DNA from: Gammaproteobacteria bacterium
GTDB taxonomy: Bacteria > Pseudomonadota > Gammaproteobacteria > JAJPIJ01
DNA: 64,000 nucleotides
Assembly: GCA_022072255.1 (NCBI GenBank)
Contig: JAJVHZ010000061.1
Span: 26,207-90,206, forward strand
Direction of reading: 5' to 3'
Below are positions 1 through 9,779 of this stretch, one piece after another. The notes below the pieces were generated by a model. It was given only the letters and a program-made list of their open reading frames with translations, had not been told where the DNA came from and made no database searches. The translations under genes were made by a program, and so were the position numbers. Numbering within the stretch: the stretch's first letter is position 1; each line of letters opens with the position of its first letter.

Positions 1-245
1 TCGCCGCCCAGGTCCTCACCCCGGTCGATATCGAGCGGCGGTTCGGCATGACCGGCGGACACTGGCACCACGGCGAACTGGCACTCGATCAGTTTCTCAT
101 GCTGAGACCGGCGCCCGGTGCGGCGCAATATGCGACGCCGCTGCCGGGGCTTTATCTCTGCGGCGCCGGCGCGCATCCGGGCGGCGGCGTCATGGGCAGC
201 GTCGGAAGGAACGCGGCCGGCGCGATCCTCAGCGGAGCAGCATGA
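1..245 (+). CDS. NAD(P)/FAD-dependent oxidoreductase (CrtI/phytoene-desaturase-like amine/CH-CH oxidoreductase), 3' end only; 5' end lies outside the window
   Basis: The frame is open from position 1. The C-terminal motif LYLCGAGAHPGGGVMGSVGRNAA is the conserved FAD-binding tail of CrtI-family oxidoreductases. The stop codon overlaps the next start (ATGA). Confidence 0.55.
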   Translation, partial: AAQVLTPVDIERRFGMTGGHWHHGELALDQFLMLRPAPGAAQYATPLPGLYLCGAGAHPGGGVMGSVGRNAAGAILSGAA

Positions 246-1435
246 CGATGAACACCGGGCACTTTCGCACACCGTTGCTGCACACGCCCTTTCATACCCG
301 CCTCGTCGCGGCCAGCACCTGCAACGAGTGGTACGCGTGGAAGGGTTACACGGCGCCGGCGCGGCTGACGGAGGTGGAATTCGAGTACTTCGCAATCCGC
401 AGCAGCGCCTCGATCTTCGACATCACGCCGCTGACGAAGTACCGCATCCGCGGCCCGGACTGCATTGCCTATTTCAACCGCCTGCTGACGCGCGACATCG
501 TCGCGCTGGCGGTGGGTCGGGTCGCGTACTGCCTGTGGTGCGACGACGCCGGGCGGCTCATCGACGACGGCACCCTGTTTCGTCTTGCCGAACAGGACTA
601 CCGGCTCTGCTCGCAGGAGCGGCATTACGACTGGTTGCGGACGTCGGCGCTCGGCTTCGACGTCAGCATCGAGGAGGAGACCGAACATGTCGCTGCGCTG
701 GCCCTGCAGGGCCCGACGTCCTGCGCCGTGCTGAAGGCTCTCGGCATCGGGGCCATCGAGATGCTCAAGCCTTTTCACCTGCTCAACGCCTCCCTGCACG
801 GACGCGATCTCATGATCTCCCGCACCGGTTTCACGGGCGACCTGGGCTATGAGCTGTGGATGCAGCCGGATACCGCCGGCGGCCTCTGGGATGCCGTGAT
901 GGAGGCGGGACGCAATTACGCCATCATGCCGATCGGCAGCGAGGCGCTCGACATGGCGCGTATCGAGGCCGGTTTCATCCAGGCCAACGTCGACTTCGTG
1001 CCGGCGGATCAGGCGGTGCGCCCGGGCCGAGGCCGATCCCCTTTCGAGCTGGGGCTGGCCGGTCATGTGGATTTCCGCAAGGCGAACTTCACCGGCCGGC
1101 GGGCATTGCTGGAGGAACAGCGCCGCGGGTCGCGTTACCAGCTGGTGAAACTGGACATCGACGGCAGCACGCCGGCGAAGGATTCCTTCGTCTACCTTCG
1201 CCGGCGCAAGGTCGTGGGACACGTGACCTCGGCCGTATGGTCGCCTACCGCCAAGACGAACATCGCATTGGCCTCGCTGCAGACTCCTTACGGCACGCAG
1301 GGCGATGACCTATGGGTGGAGATCTACTACAAGCGCGAACTGAAATGGGAACGGAAGATGGCTCGCTGCCGGATCGTGGCGGAGACGTTTTACGATCCGC
1401 CAAGACGGCGGCAGACGCCGGCGGCGAACTATTGA
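242..1435 (+). CDS. aminomethyltransferase-family protein (GcvT fold; DmdA-like tetrahydrofolate-dependent demethylase candidate)
   Basis: 397 aa with GcvT-family motifs (FDITPLTKYRIRG, RTGFTGDLGYELW, a C-terminal barrel). The start overlaps the upstream stop (ATGA). Confidence 0.85.
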   Translation: MTMNTGHFRTPLLHTPFHTRLVAASTCNEWYAWKGYTAPARLTEVEFEYFAIRSSASIFDITPLTKYRIRGPDCIAYFNRLLTRDIVALAVGRVAYCLWCDDAGRLIDDGTLFRLAEQDYRLCSQERHYDWLRTSALGFDVSIEEETEHVAALALQGPTSCAVLKALGIGAIEMLKPFHLLNASLHGRDLMISRTGFTGDLGYELWMQPDTAGGLWDAVMEAGRNYAIMPIGSEALDMARIEAGFIQANVDFVPADQAVRPGRGRSPFELGLAGHVDFRKANFTGRRALLEEQRRGSRYQLVKLDIDGSTPAKDSFVYLRRRKVVGHVTSAVWSPTAKTNIALASLQTPYGTQGDDLWVEIYYKRELKWERKMARCRIVAETFYDPPRRRQTPAANY

Positions 1436-3561
1436 AATCGCCGACGGCGCCCCCGGCGCGGCGTCTGGACGCGTTGTTGCGGCCCCGATCTATCGCAGTC
1501 GTCGGTGCCACGCCTCGCGAAGGTGCCGTCGGCAATCAGACCCTGCGCAACCTGATCCAGGGCGGCTACGGCGGGGCGCTGTACGCGATCAACCCGCGCC
1601 ACCGCGAGATCCACGGGGTTCCCTGTTTTGCCGGCTTCACCGATCTGCCGGGAAAGGTGGAGCACGCGATCTTCACGCTCGGCGACGCGCGCATCGAAGC
1701 AGCCCTCGAGGACGCCATACGTCATGGCGTGCGCGCCGTGACGCTGCTGTCGGCGCTGGTGCTGGACAACGACCGCGATCCGCCCCTGCGCGAACGCGTG
1801 CGGGCACGACTGCGGCGCGCCGGTATCGTCGCCTGCGGCGGCAACGGCATGGGCTTCTGCAATTTCACCGATCGCGTCTGGGCCTACGGTTTCGAGACGC
1901 GGCATCACGGCGACCGCGGCAACGTCGCGCTCATCAGCCACTCCGGGGCCGGCCTGTGCGGCATCCTCGACACCGATGAACGGTTGCGATTCAACCTGGC
2001 GATCTCTCCGGGGCAGGAACTGTCGGTCACGATGGCCGATTATCTCGATTTCGCGCTGGAGCAGCCCGAGACGCGTGTGGTCGGACTGTTCATGGAGACC
2101 GTCCGCGATCCCGACGCCATGATTCGCGCGTTCGAGAAGGCTCGCCGTCGATCGATCCCGATCGTGGCGATCAAGGTGGGGCGCACCGAGATGGCCGCGC
2201 GTCTTGCGGTATCGCACTCCGGGGCGATGGCGGGATGCGATGCGAGTCATGACGCGCTGTTCGATCGTTACGGGATCCAGCGCGTACGCGACATGGACGA
2301 GCTGGCGGCCGCGCTTGTCATGTTCGCACAACCGCACCCGGTCGCGGCCGGAGGTCTGGTAAGCGTTCACGACTCCGGCGGCGAACGACAGTTGCTCATC
2401 GACGTGGCCGCGGAGCTGAAGGTGCCGCTGGCCGAGCTCTCCGCCGACACGGCCGGGAAGCTCGCCGCGAGGCTCGATCCCGGGCTGCCGGCCGTCAATC
2501 CTCTCGACGCCTGGAGCGCCGGCGGCTCGGAGGCGCACAGGACGATCGGCGACTGTTTCGCGACCATGCTGAGTGACTCCGCGGCCGCGCTCGGCGCGGT
2601 GGTGCACGATCGCGTTGCGGACGGGCGCATCTATCCGGGTTACGCCGGCTATCTGCAGCAGGCGCACGCCGCCACCGGCAAACCGGTGTTTCTCGTCGCC
2701 AATCACCAGGGCACCGGCGCGGATCCGCTGGTGACGCAGCTCACCGAAAAGGGCTTCCCGGTGCTGGACGGGCTGGTGCCGTTCCTCGTCGGCGCGCGCT
2801 GCCTCATGGCCTACCGCGACTTCACGCAGCGCGTGCAGTCCCCGCCCCCGGAAGTCGATCCCGCGATCCTCGAGAAGTGGCGGCGGCGACTCGCCAGTGA
2901 AGAGCGGCCGGACGAGGCGACGAGCATGGAACTGCTGGCGGCGGCGGGTCTGCCGATGAACCGGGGCCTGCTGGCGGAGGATGAGTCGGCGGCGGTCGCG
3001 GCGGCGGCGGCGATCGGCTTCCCCGTCGTGGTGAAGACGGCGCGCGCCGATGTCGCGCACAAGACGGAGCTGCGCGGCGTGATCCTCGACGTCGCCGACG
3101 AGGCGGACTGCCGCGAAGCCTATCGCTCGCTCGCGCGGCGGCTGGGCGGGCGCGTGCTGGTTGCGCCGCTGATCCGCGATCCGGGGGTGGAGATGATCCT
3201 CGGGGTGGTCAATGACGCGCAGTTCGGGCCCCTGGTCATGCTCGGCTTCGGCGGCGTCCATGCCGAGGTCCTGCAGGACGTGCGCTTCGCGCTTCCGCCG
3301 TTCGGCGCGGCCACGGCCCGCCGCCTGCTCGACACCCTGCGCATGCGTGCGCTGCTCGATGGCAGCCGCGGCGCGCCGGCGCCGGACATCGACGCATATT
3401 GCCTGGCCGCCGCGCGCCTGTCGGTGATCGCGCATTCCCTGCGCGAGGTGATCGCCGAGATCGATCTCAACCCGGTCATCCTGAGCGCGGCGGGATGCAT
3501 CGCCGTCGACGCCCTGATCGTCACGCGCGCGCGGCCACACCACAGCGGGGCGCGCCCGTGA
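1432..3561 (+). CDS. ADP-forming acyl-CoA synthetase (acetate--CoA ligase family; CoA-binding domain plus ATP-grasp domain)
   Basis: The N-terminal CoA-binding Rossmann domain (SIAVVGATPREGAVGNQTLRNLIQGGYGG) and a C-terminal ATP-grasp domain are present. I chose the TTG at 1432 as start because it overlaps the GcvT stop; the longer ORF from 1312 would overlap the previous gene by 120 nt. Confidence 0.8.
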   Translation: MKSPTAPPARRLDALLRPRSIAVVGATPREGAVGNQTLRNLIQGGYGGALYAINPRHREIHGVPCFAGFTDLPGKVEHAIFTLGDARIEAALEDAIRHGVRAVTLLSALVLDNDRDPPLRERVRARLRRAGIVACGGNGMGFCNFTDRVWAYGFETRHHGDRGNVALISHSGAGLCGILDTDERLRFNLAISPGQELSVTMADYLDFALEQPETRVVGLFMETVRDPDAMIRAFEKARRRSIPIVAIKVGRTEMAARLAVSHSGAMAGCDASHDALFDRYGIQRVRDMDELAAALVMFAQPHPVAAGGLVSVHDSGGERQLLIDVAAELKVPLAELSADTAGKLAARLDPGLPAVNPLDAWSAGGSEAHRTIGDCFATMLSDSAAALGAVVHDRVADGRIYPGYAGYLQQAHAATGKPVFLVANHQGTGADPLVTQLTEKGFPVLDGLVPFLVGARCLMAYRDFTQRVQSPPPEVDPAILEKWRRRLASEERPDEATSMELLAAAGLPMNRGLLAEDESAAVAAAAAIGFPVVVKTARADVAHKTELRGVILDVADEADCREAYRSLARRLGGRVLVAPLIRDPGVEMILGVVNDAQFGPLVMLGFGGVHAEVLQDVRFALPPFGAATARRLLDTLRMRALLDGSRGAPAPDIDAYCLAAARLSVIAHSLREVIAEIDLNPVILSAAGCIAVDALIVTRARPHHSGARP

Positions 3562-5084
3562 ACCTCGCCGCCGCGCGAGCGCTCACCCGGGAGGACTGGC
3601 AGGCGATGACCGCGCGCCTGCGGCCCGAGACGCGTCTGCTGATCGATGGCGCCTTCGTGGAATCGATTGCCGGCGGCGAATTCGAGACCGTCAACCCGGC
3701 CGATGGCAGCGTCCTGGCGACGGTCTCCTGCGCCACCGGCGCCGACGTCGACCGCGCCGTCGCCTCGGCGCGGCGAGCGTTTCGATCCGGATGCTGGGCG
3801 CGCCTGCCGCCGCGTCGACGCATGGAGATCCTGTATCGGTGGTGCGAGCTGATAGCGGCGCAGGCCGCGGACCTCGCGCTGCTGGACACGCTCGACATGG
3901 GCAAGCCCATCGCGGACGCCTTGAACGTCGATCTGCCCGCCGTGATCGACACCGTCCGCTTCATGGCGGAATGCGTCGACAAGGTCGAGGGCGCGGTCAC
4001 CAGCACGGCGGCAGACGTCATGCATTTCGTGCTGCGCGAGCCGCTGGGCGTGGTGGCGGCCATCTCGCCGTGGAATTACCCGTTGCTGATGGCGGCCTGG
4101 AAGGTGGCGCCGGCGCTGGCGGCGGGCAATGCCGTGGTCCTGAAGCCCGCCGAACAGTCACCGCTCAGTGCCCTGCAACTGGCGCGGCTCTTCCTGGAGG
4201 CAGGCGGACCGCCCGGGGTCTTCAACGTCGTGAACGGACCGGGCGAGGTCACGGGCAGGGCGCTCGCACTGCATCCGGAGGTGGCCAAGGTGAGTTTCAC
4301 GGGCTCGACCGCCGTCGGCAAGCTGATGCTGCAGTACGCCGGCCTTTCGAACATGAAGCGCGTGGCGCTCGAGTGCGGCGGCAAGTCCCCGCAGATCTTC
4401 ATGGCCGACACCCCCGATCTCGATCGCGCCGTGACGGCGGCCTGCAACGGCATCTTCGCCAACATGGGCGAGGTCTGCAATGCCGGGTCGAGACTGCTCG
4501 TCGATCGCCGGATACATGAGCAGTTCGTGGACCGGTTCATCGCGGCGAGCGAGCACGCATACCGACCCGGCGACCCCCTGGATCCCGCCACCAGCATGGG
4601 GCCGCTCATCGATCGCGAGGCTCAGCGCCGCGTCCTGGGTTTCATCGAGACCGCTCGGCACCAGGGGGCGCGGCTGCGCTTCGGGGGCGACGTGCCGTCC
4701 GGGCTGGAGGGCGGCGCCTACGTCAACCCCACCCTGTTCACGGGCGTGAACAACGGCATGACGATCGCCCGCGAGGAGATCTTCGGGCCGGTCGCATGCG
4801 TCATCCCGTTCGAGGATCTCGACGCCGCGATCGGCATCGCCAACGACACGATATACGGACTCGCCGCGGGGATCTGGACGCGCGATCTCGCCGCCGCACA
4901 CCGGCTCATCCGCGAGATCGAGGCTGGCGTGCTGTGGGTGAACTGTTTCGACGAGGGCGACATGACCCAGCCCTTCGGCGGCTACAAGCAGTCAGGCAAC
5001 GCCAGGGACAAGTGTTTCGACAGCCTGCTCAGCTACACGCAGACGAAGTCGGCATGGCTTCGGATCGCGCAACCTTCGGGATGA
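3558..5084 (+). CDS. NAD(P)+-dependent aldehyde dehydrogenase
   Basis: ALDH-superfamily motifs are present (FTGSTAVGKLM, the catalytic EC GGKSP context, and the ELGGK-like region LECGGKSPQIF). I chose the GTG at 3558 (GTGA overlap with the upstream stop), which gives a protein of about 509 aa, typical for ALDHs. Confidence 0.9.
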   Translation: MNLAAARALTREDWQAMTARLRPETRLLIDGAFVESIAGGEFETVNPADGSVLATVSCATGADVDRAVASARRAFRSGCWARLPPRRRMEILYRWCELIAAQAADLALLDTLDMGKPIADALNVDLPAVIDTVRFMAECVDKVEGAVTSTAADVMHFVLREPLGVVAAISPWNYPLLMAAWKVAPALAAGNAVVLKPAEQSPLSALQLARLFLEAGGPPGVFNVVNGPGEVTGRALALHPEVAKVSFTGSTAVGKLMLQYAGLSNMKRVALECGGKSPQIFMADTPDLDRAVTAACNGIFANMGEVCNAGSRLLVDRRIHEQFVDRFIAASEHAYRPGDPLDPATSMGPLIDREAQRRVLGFIETARHQGARLRFGGDVPSGLEGGAYVNPTLFTGVNNGMTIAREEIFGPVACVIPFEDLDAAIGIANDTIYGLAAGIWTRDLAAAHRLIREIEAGVLWVNCFDEGDMTQPFGGYKQSGNARDKCFDSLLSYTQTKSAWLRIAQPSG

Positions 5085-5091
5085 GGATTCC

Positions 5092-5913
5092 ATGTCCACA
5101 CTGATCTACACGGTCGACGGTCCGGTCGCGCTGCTGACCCTGAATCGCCCGGAGAAGCTCAATGCCGTCAGCAACCGGATGGTGGCGGAACTGAACGCGG
5201 CGCTGGATCGCGCCGAGGCCGACGGCGCGGTCCGCGCCATCGTCCTCAACGGCGCCGGACGCGCCTTCTCCGCGGGATTCGACCTGGACACCGGGGAGGA
5301 AGGGTCCGGGCGCGACGTCGACGCCCTGCGGCGCATGCTGCGGCGGGATTTCGACGTGATCATGCGCTTCTGGCATTCGCCGAAACCGACGCTGGCGGCC
5401 GTGCACGGCCATTGCCTCGGCAGCGGAATGGAGATGGCGCTCGCCTGCGATCTGACGATCGCGGGTAGCGGCTGCCGGTTCGGCGCCCCGGAGGTGCAGT
5501 TCGGCAGCGGCATCATCACCATGATCATCCCCTGGCTCGTCGGGGCGAAGTTCGCCAAGGAATTGCTGATGGTCGGCGACGATCAGGTGTCCGCCGAACG
5601 TGCCGTGGCGATGGGTCTGATCAACCGCGTGGTCGCCGATGCGGCGGTGCTGGACACGACGCTGGCCATGGCGCGCGACATCGCCACCAATGGTCGCCTC
5701 GCGGTCGCGCTCACCAAGCAGGCGCTCAATCGCAGCTACGATATCATGGGAATGCGCCAGGCGATGGAGCAGGCGCTGGAACTGGACGTGATCGTCGAGG
5801 CGAGCGATACACCGGAGTCACGGGCGTTCTACGACATGGTGGCCAGCCAGGGCGCCAAGGCGGCGATTGCGTGGCGTCGGGCCCGCATCCTCAACTCCTC
5901 GCCGTCGACGTGA
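5092..5913 (+). CDS. enoyl-CoA hydratase/isomerase (crotonase superfamily)
   Basis: 273 aa with the crotonase fold signature (LNRPEKLNAV, AFSAGFDLD, GHCLGSGMEMALACD). GAGGA lies 7 nt upstream of the ATG. Confidence 0.9.
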   Translation: MSTLIYTVDGPVALLTLNRPEKLNAVSNRMVAELNAALDRAEADGAVRAIVLNGAGRAFSAGFDLDTGEEGSGRDVDALRRMLRRDFDVIMRFWHSPKPTLAAVHGHCLGSGMEMALACDLTIAGSGCRFGAPEVQFGSGIITMIIPWLVGAKFAKELLMVGDDQVSAERAVAMGLINRVVADAAVLDTTLAMARDIATNGRLAVALTKQALNRSYDIMGMRQAMEQALELDVIVEASDTPESRAFYDMVASQGAKAAIAWRRARILNSSPST

Positions 5914-5917
5914 ATCC

Positions 5918-7360
5918 ATGAGCACGAACAGGTCGGGGGGTAAAAGGAACGAGCCGGCACCACGGCGCGGCGGCCGGCGCGGTGCCGGTCCCACCGCGGC
6001 CCTCGATCGCCTGCTCGAACTTCACCCGCGGACCGAACTCATCGAGGTGCTGTTCGCCGACATCAACGGCATGCTGCGCGGCAAGCGCGTTGGCCGTGAG
6101 GACTTCCGGAAGGTCTTCGAGCCCGGCGTCAGCCTGCCCGGCGCGACCGCCCTGCTCGACAGCAAGGGCATGACCATCGATGCCATCAGCAATGGCAGCG
6201 CCGACGGCGATCCCGACATGATCTGCCGGCCCATCCCTGGCACCACCGCGGCGGTGCCCTGGGCGATGCGCCCCACGGCGCAGACGATGGTCAGCATGTA
6301 CGGCATCAGGGGCGAGCCCTATTTCGCCGACTCCCGGCACGTGCTGGAGCATGCGATGAGACCACTGGCAAAAATGGGGCTGAGGCCGGTGGTCGCCATC
6401 GAGCTGGAGTTCTACCTGCTCGACGGCGCTGCCGCCGAGACGCCGCGGCCGCGACTGGGTCGGATCCCGGGCACCTCCCTGCCTCAGGACGGTCCGCAGT
6501 ACAACAGCCTCGATGACCTTGCCGACCTCGACGCGTATTTCGCCGACGTGGATGCCGCCTGCCGGGAACAGGATATACCCGCGAGCGCGGCGCTGGCGGA
6601 ATTCGCGCCCGGCCAGTACGAGATCAATCTTCATCACGTCGATGATCCGCTGCTGGCCTGCGCGCATGCCCTGATGCTGAAGCGGGTGGTCAAGGGTGTG
6701 GCGCGCCGGCACGGGATGGGCGCATGCTTCATGGCGAAGCCGTTTGCCGAGAGCGCAGGATCCGGAATGCACGTGCACGTCAGCCTGCTCGATTCCAGGG
6801 GTCGTAACGTCTTTGCGGGCGCGGACGGCGACAGCGGCGGTCTGCCGATCTCCAGGCAACTGCGTCACGCCGTCGGGGGGCTGGTCGCAACCATGGACGA
6901 GGGCATGGCGATCTTCGCACCCAATGCGAATTCCTATCGCCGGATGCGACCTGCCTCGTTCGTCCCGCTGACCCCGAACTGGGGCATAAATCATCGCCGG
7001 CTTGCACTGCGCATACCGCTGGCGGCGGCCAGCGACATGCGGGTGGAGCATCGTGTCGCCGGCGCCGATGCCAATCCCTACCTGGTGATGGCGGCGGTAT
7101 TGGGCGGCATACATCATGGCCTCACGCGGCGTTGCGAGCCGGGGCCGATGGTGCCGGCGGGCGCCGTGATCGATGAGGTCATCACACTGCCCACGCGCTG
7201 GGAGCAGGCCCTCGGCGCATTTGAACGCGGTTCGGTGCTGCCGGGATACCTGGGCGAGGATTTCGCGCGCATCTATGCGATCTGCCGGCGCGGGGAGTGC
7301 GAGCGATTCCATGCCGAGATCGGCCGCCAGGACTACGAATGGTACCTGCGCAACGTTTAG
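5918..7360 (+). CDS. glutamine synthetase family protein (type III / PuuA-GmaS-like gamma-glutamyl-amine ligase)
   Basis: GS catalytic-domain motifs are present (ELEFYLLD, MHVHVSLLD, the NSYRRM-like region). The ATG at 5918 lies 5 nt after the crotonase stop; the upstream ORF extension would overlap the crotonase. Confidence 0.85.
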   Translation: MSTNRSGGKRNEPAPRRGGRRGAGPTAALDRLLELHPRTELIEVLFADINGMLRGKRVGREDFRKVFEPGVSLPGATALLDSKGMTIDAISNGSADGDPDMICRPIPGTTAAVPWAMRPTAQTMVSMYGIRGEPYFADSRHVLEHAMRPLAKMGLRPVVAIELEFYLLDGAAAETPRPRLGRIPGTSLPQDGPQYNSLDDLADLDAYFADVDAACREQDIPASAALAEFAPGQYEINLHHVDDPLLACAHALMLKRVVKGVARRHGMGACFMAKPFAESAGSGMHVHVSLLDSRGRNVFAGADGDSGGLPISRQLRHAVGGLVATMDEGMAIFAPNANSYRRMRPASFVPLTPNWGINHRRLALRIPLAAASDMRVEHRVAGADANPYLVMAAVLGGIHHGLTRRCEPGPMVPAGAVIDEVITLPTRWEQALGAFERGSVLPGYLGEDFARIYAICRRGECERFHAEIGRQDYEWYLRNV

Positions 7361-7399
7361 GATCGGGCCTCGACGCCACCATCATCCGGAGCGAATCGC

Positions 7400-8407
7400 A
7401 TGCGGCACGGTAATGCGGCCGACAACTTCCGCGCGCTCGTCGTCACCACGACGGAGAGCGGTCCCGGCCTCGAGGTGAGGCAGCTGGACCGGGACTTTCT
7501 CATGGAGGGCGACGTCACGATCGCAGTCGATCACTCCACGCTGAACTACAAGGACGGGCTGGCCCTCACCGGCCGGGCGCCGATCCTGCGCGTCTCGCCG
7601 ATGATCCCGGGAGTCGATCTCGCCGGGACCGTGGAGAGTTCGCAGCACCCGGACTACGCGCCCGGGGACAAGGTGGTGCTGAACGGCTGGGGTGTGGGTG
7701 AACGGCATCACGGCGGCTACGCGCAGCTCGCGCGCGTCAGGGGTGAGTGGCTGATCCCGCTGCCGGATCGCCTCTCGACGCGCCAGGCCATGGCCATCGG
7801 CACTGCGGGCTATACCGCCATGCTTTGCGTGACGGCCCTCGAGCGGGACGGCCTGCAGCCGGAATCCGGGCCGGTGCTGGTCACCGGCGCGGCCGGCGGT
7901 GTCGGCAGCCTCGCCGTCGCGCTGCTTGCGGGACGCGGGTACACGGTCACTGCCTCCACCGGCCGCATGGAGGAATCGCCGTATCTGCAGGCGCTGGGAG
8001 CCTCGGCCGTGATCGGGCGCGAGGAGCTTCAGACTCCCGTGAAGCCGCTGGCGAAGGAGCGCTGGGCCGGCGCCGTGGATTGCGTCGGCGGCACGACGTT
8101 GGCCAACGTGCTGTCGCAAACGCGTTATGGCGGCAGCGTGACGGCCTGCGGGCTGGCCGGCGGGATGGACCTGCCGGCGACGGTGGCGCCCTTCATACTC
8201 CGCGGCGTGCATCTGCTGGGTGTCGATTCCGTGATGGCGCCGCGCCAGGCTCGCCTGCGCGCGTGGCGGAGCCTGGCCGCGGAGATCGATCTCGGAAAGC
8301 TGGAATCGATGACGCGCACCATTGCGATCGACGAGTTGCCTGCGGCTGCCGCCGACATGCTCGCCGGCAAGGTTCGTGGCCGTATCGTGGTCGACGTCAA
8401 CGCCTGA
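7400..8407 (+). CDS. yhdH: YhdH/AcuI-family NADPH:acrylyl-CoA reductase (MDR-superfamily quinone-oxidoreductase fold)
   Basis: It aligns essentially end-to-end with E. coli YhdH (TLNYKDGLA, MIPGVDLAGTV, GWGVGE.HHGGYA, TGAAGGVGS, ACGLAGG). Confidence 0.9.
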   Translation: MRHGNAADNFRALVVTTTESGPGLEVRQLDRDFLMEGDVTIAVDHSTLNYKDGLALTGRAPILRVSPMIPGVDLAGTVESSQHPDYAPGDKVVLNGWGVGERHHGGYAQLARVRGEWLIPLPDRLSTRQAMAIGTAGYTAMLCVTALERDGLQPESGPVLVTGAAGGVGSLAVALLAGRGYTVTASTGRMEESPYLQALGASAVIGREELQTPVKPLAKERWAGAVDCVGGTTLANVLSQTRYGGSVTACGLAGGMDLPATVAPFILRGVHLLGVDSVMAPRQARLRAWRSLAAEIDLGKLESMTRTIAIDELPAAAADMLAGKVRGRIVVDVNA

Positions 8408-8431
8408 GCACGGCGGCGCGCAACCGCCTCG

Positions 8432-9691
8432 CTAGATGGCGCGCGTGGGCGGCTGCTCCGGGGGGGAGTCCACCGTCGATTGCAGCCCGCCGGCGGCTTC
8501 GGGCAGCACGCCGCGGGTAATCGGCATCATGCGCGCCACCACCAGCGTCACACCGGCGGCGAGCACGAGCAGCGCGATCGGGAAGGTCCGGGCGTCGAGG
8601 AAATCCATGCCGGCGCCGATCATCACCGCACCGAGGAATCCGCCGAGACACCATCCGGTCACGAGGCTGGCGCTGGCAACCGGCAGCTGCACGCGCCCGA
8701 CGATCTTGCCGGCGAGCGCCAGCGCCGCGCCATAGATGCTGAAGCAGGCGGGGCCGAAGAGGAAGGTGAGCGCGAGCAGGACTCCGGGCTGCAGCAGCTC
8801 GGCCCTCGTCAGTGCCAGCGAATACAGCACGATGTACACGGAAAGTATTCGCATCAGCCTCCTCTCCCCCATCCTGTCGGCGAGGTATCCCAGCGGCAGC
8901 AGCAACACCACCTGCCCCCACACGAACACCGTCAGCGCGAACAGCGAGAGGTGATCGGAATACCCTGCCGTGCGCAGGTAGGGTGTCAGCAGCGACCACG
9001 CGGAATTGTCGAGCGCACCGGTCAGGATCCCCAGAGCGATCACCCAGGGCAGCCGGCGGCCGATCTCGACGAATCGTCGCAGCGATACCGGGTGCTGGCC
9101 GACGCTGGCCTGCCGGTCATCCGGGAGGAAGACAGCCGCCGGGACCGTCGCCACGCACATCGCGGCGGCCGCCACCAGGAAGAATCCGGCCGGTTCCAGA
9201 TGGCCGGCATTGACGATGATCGGCCCGGTGGCGAAGCCCAGCGACTGCACGGAGAGGTACAGGGCATTGATGCGATTCCGCACGGCATGCTCAAAGGCGC
9301 CGTTGATCCACGTCTCCGCCGCCACGTAGAACAGCCCGAAAGCGGCGCCCTGCAAGGTCTCCGCGACCAGCCACAGCCAGAATGCGTCCGGGACGGCCAG
9401 CAACGCAATCGCCACGCCCGAGGCCAGCAGCGCGAGCACCGCGCACACGCGCGTGCCGAGACGCCGGAGCATCTCCGGATAGCGGTGTGAGAAGAAGATC
9501 AGCGACAGTGCCCACATGTTCAACAGCAGCGCCGTGCGTGTGGACGCCGCCTGAAACTCCGCGAGGGTGTTGATCAGCGTGGCGTACGACAGGCTCAGAC
9601 CCGTGTTCGCCACAAAGGCGGTGAACAGCACCCCCACCAGCATGGGAAGCCGGGCGTACCTGTCGGACTGTCTTTCGGTGTTCATGACCAT
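8432..9691 (-). CDS. MFS transporter
   Basis: 419 aa with about 12 predicted hydrophobic helices and MFS loop motifs. It lies downstream of, and on the same strand as, the two Rieske genes. Confidence 0.8.
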   Translation of the reverse strand: MVMNTERQSDRYARLPMLVGVLFTAFVANTGLSLSYATLINTLAEFQAASTRTALLLNMWALSLIFFSHRYPEMLRRLGTRVCAVLALLASGVAIALLAVPDAFWLWLVAETLQGAAFGLFYVAAETWINGAFEHAVRNRINALYLSVQSLGFATGPIIVNAGHLEPAGFFLVAAAAMCVATVPAAVFLPDDRQASVGQHPVSLRRFVEIGRRLPWVIALGILTGALDNSAWSLLTPYLRTAGYSDHLSLFALTVFVWGQVVLLLPLGYLADRMGERRLMRILSVYIVLYSLALTRAELLQPGVLLALTFLFGPACFSIYGAALALAGKIVGRVQLPVASASLVTGWCLGGFLGAVMIGAGMDFLDARTFPIALLVLAAGVTLVVARMMPITRGVLPEAAGGLQSTVDSPPEQPPTRAI

Positions 9692-9779
9692 GCTGGCTGT
9701 CGCCTCGTCGCGCCGGCCGCGGATCCCGCCGGGAAGCCAGGGCGGTCGTCCGGACTCGATTGCGGCCGACGCCGCGTCG

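Noticed and set aside
1429-3543. 704-aa minus-strand ORF, plus similar long antisense ORFs at 5891-7312, 9567-11156, 10946-12532, 36289-38157, 38644-40848, 42108-43820, 45345-47129, 48295-49728, 55962-57740 and 61668-63149
   Set aside because: All lie exactly opposite well-supported genes (acyl-CoA synthetase, GS-like, Rieske, lepA, mucD/rseB, nadB, ligA, smc, acs, icd). They show Arg/Ala/Gly/Pro-biased composition and no conserved motifs, and are the classic high-GC antisense artefact.
3399-3557. N-terminal ORF extensions in the track (3399 for ALDH, 1312 for the CoA synthetase, 5867 for GS-like, the upstream part of 21478-23166 for fabH, 31785-32156 for acpS, 34254-34364 for era, 27058-27324 for rne, 51612-51731 for queF)
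   Set aside because: The extensions overlap the preceding genes and lack homology. Homology-supported internal ATG, GTG or TTG starts with overlap coupling or SD sequences were preferred.
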